Shown: positions 1 to 9,118 of the stretch, in pieces
Numbering within the stretch: position 1 is the stretch's first letter
How the letters are laid out: every line of letters starts with the position of its first letter
IMG/VR virus record: IMGVR_UViG_3300036790_000209
Coordinates: 1-51,261 of that record
Source: a virus
Taxonomy: Duplodnaviria; Caudoviricetes
Reading direction: 5' to 3' (one strand)
DNA length: 51,261 nt
Program-made: the position numbers and the translations under genes
Notes under the pieces: generated by a model
The model's input: only the letters and a program-made list of their open reading frames with translations
Databases searched by the model: none
What the model was told of the DNA's origin: nothing

Positions 1-77
1 CCACGTTGTGCAGGTTCGCAGCGTCGCCTTCCCACTTTTTTCGCCACTCAATTTTCGTCAGCGTCATAAACTTCATA
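1..77. repeat. Terminal direct repeat, left copy (circular assembly overlap)
   Basis: 1-77 is identical to 51181-51257; 77 is a common assembler k-mer length. Confidence 0.95.
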
Positions 78-100
78 TCTACCCCCCCCCCATCGCACTA

Positions 101-322
101 TTAGTTACTAAACCCAGTCGCGTCGGAAATCGTGTCAGCAGTACCACACTCGCTCGTCAAATGAATCCCCCCACGCATAACGATATGGCCTGCGCGTTCT
201 TTGGGGACATGAGCCGCACCCATGGAGGCAGCCAGGTCGCCTATCCCATCACCAAAACGCCGGGCGATGTCTTGCTCGCTATCCCCATCCACTTCCACAT
301 CCACTTCAAGCGTTATCAACAT
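101..322 (-). CDS. Hypothetical protein
   Basis: Co-oriented with the leftward operon; likely start MLITLEV. Confidence 0.5.
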   Translation of the reverse strand: MLITLEVDVEVDGDSEQDIARRFGDGIGDLAASMGAAHVPKERAGHIVMRGGIHLTSECGTADTISDATGFSN

Positions 323-752
323 GTGAAACCGTGGCATGGTTGGCCTCCCTCCTACCTGGCTTCCTTGCGCAACCCCTACCCAACACTCCTACCCATACTA
401 GTATTCAACATCCCCATGTTCGACGGCCCTGTGCCTGGCATCCATATTCGACAGGCACATCCGTACTCCCACACTGGACTCCTGTGCCCAACATTGGTAC
501 TCGGTGAGGTACTCGACAATTGTACCCGACAAGCACATTTTCAGGTACAACCTAAAAATGCTTACTACCCTCGACCTTCCCCTTCAAACTTTGGCAGCGG
601 GCCAGTGGCCGGCGTGGTACCGGTCCACCAGCCCGCGATCGTGATACGACGCAAATAACCTTGCCGGGAATCGGGAACGCTCCCGGCGGGCGTTCGACAG
701 GAGTCATGCTACGGATAGGCAACATGACTTCCCCTACTTCCCTCTTTGCCTA

Positions 753-1361
753 CTACCCCTTCGGCAATTTGTAAGACACGATCCGCACGCGGCCATACAC
801 CGTATCCCCGGACTCGGGAAATTTTACCGTCAGTTCATACCTGCCATCCACCCCTTTGGGCCACGGAATGTCCGTCTTCCCTGTCTTCTTGTTGGCCTTC
901 GAGCGTGGATTCGTGGTGATCCGCTCCCCGGTGTCCTTCGAGAATGCTTCCCACCCGAACACCGCCTCCCCCCCAGACCGTCCATCGGCCTGCTTGAGCG
1001 CCGCCACGATATCCCGTGGCGCATTCGTTGCTGGCTTGACTCCCAGGCACCGCAGCAACTCGCCCCCATCGGAGTTGGTCATCTTCGGATGCTTATAGAA
1101 ACTCGCCCGCTGAAAGTTCACCTTCACCGGCTCGACCTTCTCAGGCGTTTGTACCTCGGCGGTGAAAGTGGTATTGAGATAAGGCTTCCCTTCGACCTTG
1201 ATCGACCCGAACCCATCCTGCTCGGCAAGGTGGAAGATGAATGCATACCGCCCGGGGTAGATTTCGGGTGGAAATGCCCCACTTTCCGGGGCTTCGTAAT
1301 CGATCTCTACCTCCGGTTCGCTGTCGAGTGTTGCAAGAAGTGATTCCAAATCTTCAGCCAT
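753..1361 (-). CDS. Putative single-stranded DNA-binding protein of a Sak4 module
   Basis: Directly follows the Sak4-like ATPase (1-nt overlap); acidic N-terminus, PxGxY motif and beta-rich body; call rests mainly on context. Confidence 0.5.
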   Translation of the reverse strand: MAEDLESLLATLDSEPEVEIDYEAPESGAFPPEIYPGRYAFIFHLAEQDGFGSIKVEGKPYLNTTFTAEVQTPEKVEPVKVNFQRASFYKHPKMTNSDGGELLRCLGVKPATNAPRDIVAALKQADGRSGGEAVFGWEAFSKDTGERITTNPRSKANKKTGKTDIPWPKGVDGRYELTVKFPESGDTVYGRVRIVSYKLPKG

Positions 1362-2266
1362 TAGCGTGTGCTCTCCTTTTGTTGTGTGGTCTTGCGAAAG
1401 CTATCGAGTAAGTCATACAACCTTGCCGCGCTGGGCGGGTCCATATAAGGCTTCCCGTCAAGCGCCTTACTAAAATCCACCGCCCGGTCAAACGGCACTC
1501 TAACCTTGGCCGGAAAGGGAATCTTAGTCAGTGGATCGGCATGAGGTTGTAAATACATCACCCTGCGTTGATTGATATTGAGTTGCTTGGTCGCCGGATC
1601 GGCTACCTCCGTCACCAACATTTCCAGGTGGACCATATTCCCGAACCACTGTCCTGCCTTCCCTGTGGACTTCTTGCCGACGATTGAGGGACCATAGGTA
1701 GGCGCTTTAGTCCCTTCCTCCTCGCCCCTGCCTTCTAGGGCCGTCCAAATCACCCGCTCTACCGGCAGCACACTCGACTTGACCACCAGGTCGTAGATGC
1801 GGTTCTGTACTTCGCCATAGTAACTCATATTGGTGCCGCTGAATTCCGTTACTCCATCCTTGTAGGTATACGCGGGGTCTTGACTCAGGCGCGTCTTGGT
1901 GGCGCTTAGGTGCCGCATCATAATATCCCCAAAACTAGTCAGGCCCTCGAAGGCATAGAGTCCAATATCATCCATGGCTACCCTGCCGATCTTCCCTTCC
2001 GCGTCAGGCCACTGTCCCTGAGCGATCTTGTCAAGCGTCTCGATTGGGTGTGGATCATTGGCTACCACGAATGGTATAACAATGCCCTCATCGACCAAGG
2101 TACCAAGAGTGTCGAACCCCCCTGAGTCCCCTCCCACATAGCGAGTACGCTTGCCGAATTTGTCCCACACTCGCTTGGCAGCCTCAGCTACCGCATGGGT
2201 CTTCCCCGTGCCCGTTTGACCATAAAAACAGTCCGCCACAAATCGTGCCCTTGGTTGAAGTGTCAT
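1361..2266 (-). CDS. Sak4-like (AAA_24) recombination ATPase
   Basis: Walker A YGQTGTGKT, Walker B-like YAFEGLT, lies between exonuclease and SSB-like genes. Confidence 0.75.
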   Translation of the reverse strand: MTLQPRARFVADCFYGQTGTGKTHAVAEAAKRVWDKFGKRTRYVGGDSGGFDTLGTLVDEGIVIPFVVANDPHPIETLDKIAQGQWPDAEGKIGRVAMDDIGLYAFEGLTSFGDIMMRHLSATKTRLSQDPAYTYKDGVTEFSGTNMSYYGEVQNRIYDLVVKSSVLPVERVIWTALEGRGEEEGTKAPTYGPSIVGKKSTGKAGQWFGNMVHLEMLVTEVADPATKQLNINQRRVMYLQPHADPLTKIPFPAKVRVPFDRAVDFSKALDGKPYMDPPSAARLYDLLDSFRKTTQQKESTR

Positions 2267-2451
2267 TCAGCGATCTCCGTTGTATAAGGTATCCACCCCT
2301 CCTCAGTAATCGAGTAACAACAAACTCGCCCACTATTGTCGAGTGGGAGGAGGCTAAAACTTAGCCCATCATGTCCTTCCCACCACCCCACAACGATTTG
2401 CGTAGCCTTTAGTTTCCATTTCATCATGCTTACCCTCTTGCTAACCGTCAA
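2263..2451 (-). CDS. Hypothetical protein
   Basis: Fills the operon gap; ATGA overlap with the next gene. Confidence 0.45.
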   Translation of the reverse strand: MTVSKRVSMMKWKLKATQIVVGWWEGHDGLSFSLLPLDNSGRVCCYSITEEGWIPYTTEIAE

Positions 2452-2460
2452 CCCTGCGAG

Positions 2461-2955
2461 TTATCTTTCGATATCCGATCCTAGAATGGCTCGGACGTTC
2501 GTTGTGATATGTTGTGGATGATGTTTTCCAGTGCCGGTGTGCGACGTGCCCCCTCCATATGTTCCTATCTTATGCCCTTCCCTGGGAGCTTTCAGATCGT
2601 ACTTCCCCGGCTCAAACGATGCCCCTCTGTCAAACGAGACAATCTCCCTGGACACTGATTCAGGCACTTTATATCGCGTAGCCTTGTTATCTTTAATCAA
2701 ATATGCCGTCGAAGTGGCGATAATGACCCCTTCAAGGCTCATAGATCGCTTACAGGCCACCGCCATCGCGCACTCAGCGTGTTTCTTGCGCTTCGAGGTA
2801 GTCACGTCCCTAGGCGTCACTTCAATGTGAATCGGCTTCTCGGCGTCCTCGACTGAGGTGACATTTGGGAAGTACTTACGAACTTTACGGAGCGCCCCTG
2901 TTACTCTCTGCTTACTAACAATTGGTGTAACTCTACTACGCTTTGATCGCGTCAT
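2461..2955 (-). CDS. Phage hypothetical protein
   Basis: SD AGGAG upstream of ATG 2955; IEVTPRD...CAMAVAC motif. Confidence 0.65.
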   Translation of the reverse strand: MTRSKRSRVTPIVSKQRVTGALRKVRKYFPNVTSVEDAEKPIHIEVTPRDVTTSKRKKHAECAMAVACKRSMSLEGVIIATSTAYLIKDNKATRYKVPESVSREIVSFDRGASFEPGKYDLKAPREGHKIGTYGGGTSHTGTGKHHPQHITTNVRAILGSDIER

Positions 2956-2956
2956 T

Positions 2957-3124
2957 TTAGTTCTCCTTTTCCTTAGATAGACTCCCAACTCGTTGCTCCA
3001 CACTCCGTTCATCGACTACCCAAACTCTCCCCTGTTTGCGCGCCCGGAGCCTGCCCATGCGAATCAGACGCAGTACGTAATCGTATTCCACGCCCAGTCG
3101 CCGGGCTACCTCAGTTACCGTCAT
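2957..3124 (-). CDS. Excisionase-like HTH (HTH_17/MerR-type) DNA-binding protein
   Basis: MTVTEVARRLGV...LIRMGRLRARKQGRVWVV; GGAG SD. Confidence 0.85.
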   Translation of the reverse strand: MTVTEVARRLGVEYDYVLRLIRMGRLRARKQGRVWVVDERSVEQRVGSLSKEKEN

Positions 3125-4367
3125 CGAACGTCTCCGGATGATTTGGAGTGCGCGGGACGAACCCATGACCACCCAAGTCATCCCCGGCAACCCCCCAGCA
3201 GATTTCGCTAAACGGGCAAGTAGACGGCCAAACGCAATTTCCTTCGCTCGTGGTCATGGGGAACCAGCGATCTAACAAGGCGTCGTCGATGCCTTCCGGG
3301 CCGTCCTGCTCGATCACCCTGAGTCGATCGCGATGTTCCCGGATGGCTACCTCAATTGGAAGCCTTTGCCGCTTCCACCGTTCAACTTCATAAGGTGAGC
3401 GAAGGATCGAGGTCAGCTCCACGAACTGCTCCTCAAGCAACGCCCGATCGTTGACCGCTAGATAGCTAATCCATCCACTAACACCCCCCAGCCTCTCAGC
3501 CACCATAGCCTTATGTACCCCGCTCAGGCGATGTTGCTTCCCTCCAGGACACCTGCGTCCATTGCCCATGACGTGCGGCGCGGTACAGGACCATTCAAAC
3601 CTGGCGTACCACTCCTCCTCGGTCATGGGCGGCTCCCCTTCCCGCTTCCATGCCTGCACCAATGGTGAATCCCAGTGATAGTTCCCCGAGCCCTTAGGAT
3701 AATCCTGGCGGCTGCCCTTCACCAACCCAGCCATGATCGTTCCCGCGACAGGTTCCCTCAGGGCTTCCTCGACCGCCAAAGCCTCGGAAAACGTGGTCAT
3801 ATCGTAACGCCACTTGTCGCGCCATTTTTGATCGACGCGGCTGGTGGTCTTCAAATTCATAATGAACACCGAGCCATCGTCCAAACGCTTCATAACGATG
3901 TCCGGGCGGGTGAGTTGCCTGATCGTACGGCCTTCGCAATGATAGTCGTAAGTCAACTCCCGCTCGATCATAACTACCTGATAAGTCTGCAAGATACGAT
4001 CTAATCGAGCGGCGACCCATCCCCTCAGCAGGGCCTCCGCTAAACTCATCCCCTCGTTGAAGTCCACCTCGGGGTCCGGCCCTGGACGAAAGACATTAAT
4101 CGGTGTAACCCTCCGAGCGCTCAACATGGTTTCCCTGGCGATAGCCACACAGTCCTCAACCGGCTTGCGCCCCAGCGCCGCTTCAATCCCGTTATGCACC
4201 GCTGTACCAATCAATGGGTCAAGCCACTCCCCCGGCTTCTCGATGCCCCGGCCATCGTGTTCGTAGGACCAATAGCGCTTCCTCATACAGTGCTCGGCTA
4301 CTTCGATCCGGCTGCGATCGGTCGAGATAATGGCGTCCTCCGGCAGATCATCCTTCGTGCGAATCAC
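3111..4367 (-). CDS. PD-(D/E)XK Cas4/RecB-like exonuclease
   Basis: N-terminal Cys (HCMRK), GTAVH, PDIV...NLKT, C-terminal CxxxxxCPFxxxC Fe-S-type motif. Confidence 0.8.
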   Translation of the reverse strand: MIRTKDDLPEDAIISTDRSRIEVAEHCMRKRYWSYEHDGRGIEKPGEWLDPLIGTAVHNGIEAALGRKPVEDCVAIARETMLSARRVTPINVFRPGPDPEVDFNEGMSLAEALLRGWVAARLDRILQTYQVVMIERELTYDYHCEGRTIRQLTRPDIVMKRLDDGSVFIMNLKTTSRVDQKWRDKWRYDMTTFSEALAVEEALREPVAGTIMAGLVKGSRQDYPKGSGNYHWDSPLVQAWKREGEPPMTEEEWYARFEWSCTAPHVMGNGRRCPGGKQHRLSGVHKAMVAERLGGVSGWISYLAVNDRALLEEQFVELTSILRSPYEVERWKRQRLPIEVAIREHRDRLRVIEQDGPEGIDDALLDRWFPMTTSEGNCVWPSTCPFSEICWGVAGDDLGGHGFVPRTPNHPETFDDGN

Positions 4368-4645
4368 TTGGCCTCCTTCGACCGTTGCCCCAGCAGTATC
4401 CCAATTAACATGGCATCAAGCAGAGCGCGAGAGATGTCTTTGTTGAAAGCTGGGAGATGGTTCGACTCCAGGATGCTTAATACCACCATAGCTTGTATGT
4501 CGTCGGTCAAGCCTACTTCCGCGAACGCAGAGCCCACCTTACGATCCGGGGTGGGGGCAAGCAATTTTTGTATTAAATCGCTCGCATCGCGTGCTGCCTG
4601 CGTCATTTCTTCAAATGAATTGTACTGCTGCTTATTGTCTGTCAT
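4364..4645 (-). CDS. Hypothetical protein, first gene of the leftward operon
   Basis: GTGA overlap with the exonuclease gene; follows a putative promoter. Confidence 0.55.
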   Translation of the reverse strand: MTDNKQQYNSFEEMTQAARDASDLIQKLLAPTPDRKVGSAFAEVGLTDDIQAMVVLSILESNHLPAFNKDISRALLDAMLIGILLGQRSKEAK

Positions 4646-4657
4646 TGGAAGGCGCTC

Positions 4658-4686
4658 ACTTTCGCATAACACTGAAATTGTGTCAA
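4658..4686 (-). promoter_or_regulatory. Putative sigma70 promoter, leftward
   Basis: TTGACA-17 nt-GAAAGT with an extended -10 TG. Confidence 0.45.
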
Positions 4687-4758
4687 GTGTTTTTGGCATA
4701 CAAAATATGGGGGTGTGCCGACTGTCTTGACCACCATGGGTAGTAGTCAAATTAGGTA

Positions 4759-4787
4759 TTGACCCTCAGGTGTTTACCTGTTAGAGT
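4759..4787 (+). promoter_or_regulatory. Putative sigma70 promoter for the helicase gene
   Basis: TTGACC-17 nt-TAGAGT with an extended -10 TG. Confidence 0.6.
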
Positions 4788-4876
4788 GTAAAGGTATTTA
4801 GGCGGGTAACTTCTAGGGTGGGGGATGCCTTAACCATCCCTCGCCCTCCTATCCTGTTAAGGAGGATAGACTTATC

Positions 4877-6016
4877 ATGGCATGTTTAGACCGCTGGACC
4901 GATCTTTCCGATCACCTGAATCATTGGTTCTACAAGCCCGATCTTGAAGCCCTAGAATGCTGCCTCAGCGCGGCGGTAGCCCATTATGAATCTTGCGATC
5001 CAGTATGGCTGTTCATCCTTGGTCCGAGCGGCTCAGGCAAAACAAGTGTCTTGGTTACCTGCCTGTCTGCCCTGCCTGGTTCGACCATCCTTGGCGATTT
5101 AACCCCAAAAACATTCCTTTCCGGTTCCGGCCAAGGTGAAAAGAGTCTGCTATTCCAGGTTCAACGCCCGATGTTCCTGTTCAAAGACTTCACCACCATC
5201 ATGTCTAAGCGGGACGAGGACAAACGTGAGATCGCTAGCCAGCTTCGCGAGGTCTTCGACGGCCATTTCGTTAAGAATACCGGCAATGGTAAGCCCCTTG
5301 AATGGAAGGGGAAAGCAACAGTATTCGCGGCAGCCACCCCGGCTCTCGAACGTGCCTGGGCTATTCACCGGGAACTTGGTGAGCGTTTCATGCAGGTGCG
5401 TTGGGCTAAGAGCAACAGCTTAGCGATCGCCGCCGCCGCACGCCGTCAGATCGGCCACGAGAGCGAAATTCGCGCGACCATGCTCAAGCTAACCCATGAG
5501 TTCTTTATGGGAACCCCTCCCATGACGCGGCCCTTACCACATATCACCGATGTAATGGAACTCTGTATCGACCGCCTAGCTGCTTGTGTAGCCATGCTGC
5601 GCAGCCAGGTAATTCGCGATTCCCACGGCTCTAGAGACATTTTAAGCGCCGCGCAGACCGAGGAGCCCACCCGCATCGCCAAGGCGCTCACAACGCTTGC
5701 TAGGTGCCATAGCGCCCTGTTTAGGCGCGATGAGGTCGATTACTCAGACTATTTGATCGCGCGCCGCGTGGCTCTCGATTCTATCCCTCAAACCCGCAGC
5801 CAAATCATGCAGGCCCTCCCGGCTGAAGGCTCTATCGCCCTCACCGACCTTGCCAAGTTCTCTGGGGCCATACGAGCCACCGTCGAATGGAACCTCGACG
5901 AGATGGAAGCCCTGGGTATTATGGAGTTCGACCGCGATCCAATGAACCCGCTCCAACACCAATGGAAACTCACGGACTCCTTCCATTCCCTTTGGTCCCC
6001 AAGCGAGCTTACTTAA
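4877..6016 (+). CDS. MCM-like AAA+ ATPase, putative replicative helicase/initiator with C-terminal wHTH
   Basis: Walker A GPSGSGKT, Walker B FLFKDFT, LREVFDG, Arg finger GERF; strong SD AAGGAGG. Confidence 0.75.
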   Translation: MACLDRWTDLSDHLNHWFYKPDLEALECCLSAAVAHYESCDPVWLFILGPSGSGKTSVLVTCLSALPGSTILGDLTPKTFLSGSGQGEKSLLFQVQRPMFLFKDFTTIMSKRDEDKREIASQLREVFDGHFVKNTGNGKPLEWKGKATVFAAATPALERAWAIHRELGERFMQVRWAKSNSLAIAAAARRQIGHESEIRATMLKLTHEFFMGTPPMTRPLPHITDVMELCIDRLAACVAMLRSQVIRDSHGSRDILSAAQTEEPTRIAKALTTLARCHSALFRRDEVDYSDYLIARRVALDSIPQTRSQIMQALPAEGSIALTDLAKFSGAIRATVEWNLDEMEALGIMEFDRDPMNPLQHQWKLTDSFHSLWSPSELT

Positions 6017-6329
6017 TCATCCTACCCAAGCGCTCGTAGCAAAGGTGACCCCAGACCTCTTACTACTACCTCCAAACCTATAACCCCTTTACTTCTTTAA
6101 AACAAAAACAACAGGGCGAGGTATGCTATGTACGGTTGGGTTGGTTGTAAGGGGGTAATGGGGTAGGTAGGGAACATTCCCAACCGCGCTTTCGGGTATC
6201 CCCTCGCTTCCTTCTTGACAAGGCATGATATAGTTTAGGCATGGCCAATCAGTCCCAAGCTGACGCGATGAGGGCCATCCGGCGCTAAGCGCAAAGGGTG
6301 GCCCGTCGCACCCTGGATTTAGCGATCGT

Positions 6330-6527
6330 TTATGGAATCTTGGGGGCTGAGGTGATCGCGGGATCGGCAAGGGCATCGCCAATTCTTCCCAGCGCAGCCT
6401 CTAACCGCTCGCAGCGAGCGTCGAGTGCAACGATGGTGTCGCACAGGTCGAAGACGACGCCTGAACGCTTGCCGCCGACATTTTCGGCGCGCACGTAATC
6501 GACTTCTTGTTTTGACAACACACTCAT
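6330..6527 (-). CDS. Hypothetical protein
   Basis: GGAG SD; end of the leftward early cluster. Confidence 0.5.
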   Translation of the reverse strand: MSVLSKQEVDYVRAENVGGKRSGVVFDLCDTIVALDARCERLEAALGRIGDALADPAITSAPKIP

Positions 6528-6920
6528 CGTTTCTCTCCCCTCCTCTGCACGATTTCTTCGCCGCTTCTCCATTCCCACAATCCCAGTGCTCCACGGACGA
6601 GAACCGGAGTTCTGAACGGAATGGGATTTACGAGCTTCCACGCGAATCTACCTTCGTCTACTCATGTATCTTGAGAACCGATACTCCTATGGCAACTAAC
6701 CCGAGCATGCACAAGACGATTATGGCTAGAGCTACCCGGTCGGAAGGAGATGGAAACATGTCGGAAATCCAATCTTTTGCCCTGCGCGTCCAGCAACTAA
6801 GCGATGCCGTAGATTTCTGGAACCGCTGGATGCTCTGGGGTCTCGTCTTTGGGGCGCTCGCAGCGGTCTGGATCGGTCTTACGACGGCCCTTGTGATGCG
6901 TGGAAACACGCGCGCCAGCC

Positions 6921-7406
6921 TCACTTGGCCACCTTGCTCTGCGCGTATTCGCGGATCAGGTCTGCGGCTGTACGGAGCACGCCTTGCGGTTTCCAGTAAT
7001 TCCCCACAAAACTGTTCAACTCTATTGAGGACACCGGATTGTTCAGTACTCTCCTAGTCGATTCATCCCACACCTTTGAGGCATCCAGCTTCCCGGCTTC
7101 GTAGGCCATCCCCACCAACTCCTCCAGCTCCACGGCGGGTGCGGGTAGCTCCGACAATGCTTCCGCCAAATCATTCAAATCTGGGTCAGTACATAGATCG
7201 TCACTCCATGCCCTCTCTCGCACCTTTGCGACTAACCGTTCCTGCATCGCCCTAACCGCCAACTGGACTCGCGCGGCGACCAGTGGAGCGAGAATGGCGT
7301 TAATTCGTTCCGCCACATGGTTTTGCCAAAAGGGGGGCATTCCAATATTTAATATACACTCCTTGATAGCTTTCCCGCTCAGCAATCCGTTATCGTCGTC
7401 CATCAT
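6921..7406 (-). CDS. Hypothetical protein
   Basis: 161-aa ORF in a tightly packed leftward cluster. Confidence 0.6.
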   Translation of the reverse strand: MMDDDNGLLSGKAIKECILNIGMPPFWQNHVAERINAILAPLVAARVQLAVRAMQERLVAKVRERAWSDDLCTDPDLNDLAEALSELPAPAVELEELVGMAYEAGKLDASKVWDESTRRVLNNPVSSIELNSFVGNYWKPQGVLRTAADLIREYAQSKVAK

Positions 7407-7647
7407 TGACCTTCCTTTTCAGGCGGCTAATGCCGCACCGGCACACATGACAATTCCTGTGATTTAACTCAAGCGCACACACGTGAGTTACGGGCCTAAA
7501 TTTAGATGGTATTGACCATTCAAACGTGCAGCACTCGACGCCATCGGAGAAGCGCTTTCTTTCCTTCATCGCTGGCTTGATACGATTGCCCCCACGCTTT
7601 CCCACTTTTAGTTGTGGCTCATCACCCATTTGTATACCGTAGGTCAT
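7390..7647 (-). CDS. Small Cys/His-rich hypothetical protein
   Basis: C...HVCALELNHRNCHVCRCG; SD AAGGAG. Confidence 0.55.
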   Translation of the reverse strand: MTYGIQMGDEPQLKVGKRGGNRIKPAMKERKRFSDGVECCTFEWSIPSKFRPVTHVCALELNHRNCHVCRCGISRLKRKVNDGRR

Positions 7648-7984
7648 TTGCTTGGCTCCTTGGTGCGGCCCTCAACCTCTGCTTGCGCTCGGAATCCTTT
7701 ATCACAGCAGAGTCGTTAAGGGCATAGCATTTGTCAATGTCAGAGCCGGGGGACAACTTGTTTACCCACATCCATTCCGGCATTTTCTCTAACGAACGAG
7801 AAGGTAATTCTCTGGCCGTTAGCGTATTCATTGCGCCCGCATCCGACACTCCACACTGTTCTGCTACAAACCCGATACAGCAGCGTTGACCATCAGGCCG
7901 CAGCAAGCTGCTGTCTTCATCAGTCTTTCCTCGATACCACGTCTTGCGACTCACCGTATAAGTTGACATTTTTTGATCCTCCAT
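7622..7984 (-). CDS. Phage hypothetical protein
   Basis: WYRG...SLL...RCCIG motif; GGAGG SD before the second Met. Confidence 0.6.
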   Translation of the reverse strand: MEDQKMSTYTVSRKTWYRGKTDEDSSLLRPDGQRCCIGFVAEQCGVSDAGAMNTLTARELPSRSLEKMPEWMWVNKLSPGSDIDKCYALNDSAVIKDSERKQRLRAAPRSQANDLRYTNG

Positions 7985-8181
7985 TACGGCTTGCTCGGCT
8001 CCTGTTTGCGCTCACGCTCCATCCTGTAGGCGCAATTCAGAGCTTCGGATATTTGCAAGTTACTTTCGTAGTTTTTGTCAAGGCGAATGCGTTCTACAGC
8101 CCATGCCCGAATCGCGGCGGGGGCCGCAGGGTCGCGTCCCAGTAGGACGAACATCATTTCGTCATCTTTCGCACGGTTCAT
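7984..8181 (-). CDS. Conserved small phage protein (FVLLGRD motif)
   Basis: DEMMFVLLGRDPAAPAAIRAW; frame stays open upstream to 8217. Confidence 0.65.
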   Translation of the reverse strand: MNRAKDDEMMFVLLGRDPAAPAAIRAWAVERIRLDKNYESNLQISEALNCAYRMERERKQEPSKP

Positions 8182-8213
8182 GCAACTGTGCGGGTCGCTC
8201 AGTTCCTCAGACT

Positions 8214-8483
8214 TTATTCATGTAGCTCCTTTCTGCGCTCGGCAGCAGTTATGGCTGGTAGTTCCCAGTCACGCGATTTGCGTAGCAGCGCAATTGCAAA
8301 TTCAACGTCCTTTATTTCGCGTTTGAGCCATTCTTCATTTGTTTCTCTCTGCGCGACGGGAAGATTGGGATTCCACGAGTTCCATCCATATCTCACCGTT
8401 TTCCCGGCAGCAACGAGAACTTCTCCGCATTCCTCAATAAGGCGACCAAGCGCGTCGCCCTTGTATTTGTATCGCTTATTCAT
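8214..8483 (-). CDS. MazG-like nucleotide pyrophosphohydrolase
   Basis: LIEECGEV...EIKDV matches the EExxE...ExxD MazG signature. Confidence 0.65.
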   Translation of the reverse strand: MNKRYKYKGDALGRLIEECGEVLVAAGKTVRYGWNSWNPNLPVAQRETNEEWLKREIKDVEFAIALLRKSRDWELPAITAAERRKELHE

Positions 8484-8826
8484 GGTTCACCTTATTGTAG
8501 GGCTCGGCGGCAAGGGCGTCCCACGCTGCCAGGGCGCGTTCCGCACTCATGTAGGCATCGTTTACGACCCCCCAATTAGTAGCTCTCTTGTGCTGAATAA
8601 ATTCTATCGCAATTTCGTCGGCTGCCGTCTGCATCGCGCGAAGCGCCTCAGCCATCGCCTCCACCACCGGGCGCAGAGTGTCCAGTTCGTCGGCGCACTT
8701 TACCAGTCGATTGACGCGCCCTTGTTCATAAGCATTAAGCGTGGTGCCCCTGGATGATCCGGTGGTTGCGACGAACGGTGGGTCATTGCGCCACTTCTGA
8801 ATCAACCGCTCGATGGCGTTAGGCAT
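8476..8826 (-). CDS. Hypothetical protein
   Basis: Overlaps neighbours in operon fashion; likely start MPNAIE. Confidence 0.55.
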   Translation of the reverse strand: MPNAIERLIQKWRNDPPFVATTGSSRGTTLNAYEQGRVNRLVKCADELDTLRPVVEAMAEALRAMQTAADEIAIEFIQHKRATNWGVVNDAYMSAERALAAWDALAAEPYNKVNHE

Positions 8827-9106
8827 TGTTGCGCTCCCGCCCCTTAGCCCACTTACTCGCCACCTCAATCACTTCCTCAAACAGCAGTTGGCATAGTTCA
8901 CAGTCCTGCGGCTGCGCCCCATCATGAAAATTTCGATGTTTCACCACATGAGCGTTCAACTCGAATTGCTTAGTCAAGCGTTCAGATAGCGTCCGGGCGT
9001 CAAACGCGGTAAGGTTATGGGCCATGATGCAGTAGGCAGCCTCATCGTGGACGAGTCCTTCCATCCCTGAGTCATACACAATTACCGAGTTATAAGCTTC
9101 GAGCAT
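8819..9106 (-). CDS. Hypothetical protein, C-terminal H..H...CxxC
   Basis: SD AGGAG; immediately downstream of the JAB gene. Confidence 0.6.
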   Translation of the reverse strand: MLEAYNSVIVYDSGMEGLVHDEAAYCIMAHNLTAFDARTLSERLTKQFELNAHVVKHRNFHDGAQPQDCELCQLLFEEVIEVASKWAKGRERNNA

Positions 9107-9118
9107 TAGAGAGTTCTC

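Noticed and set aside
8-658. 216-aa plus-strand ORF, and similar shadow ORFs such as 15040-15780 and 16737-17351
   Set aside because: Antisense to operonic genes or spanning regulatory DNA, with no SD or recognisable motifs
2957-3124. Excisionase implying an integrating prophage
   Set aside because: No tyrosine or serine integrase or att site found; HTH_17 proteins are often regulators
3111-4367. CRISPR-associated Cas4
   Set aside because: No array or other cas genes seen; the context is a Sak4 recombination module
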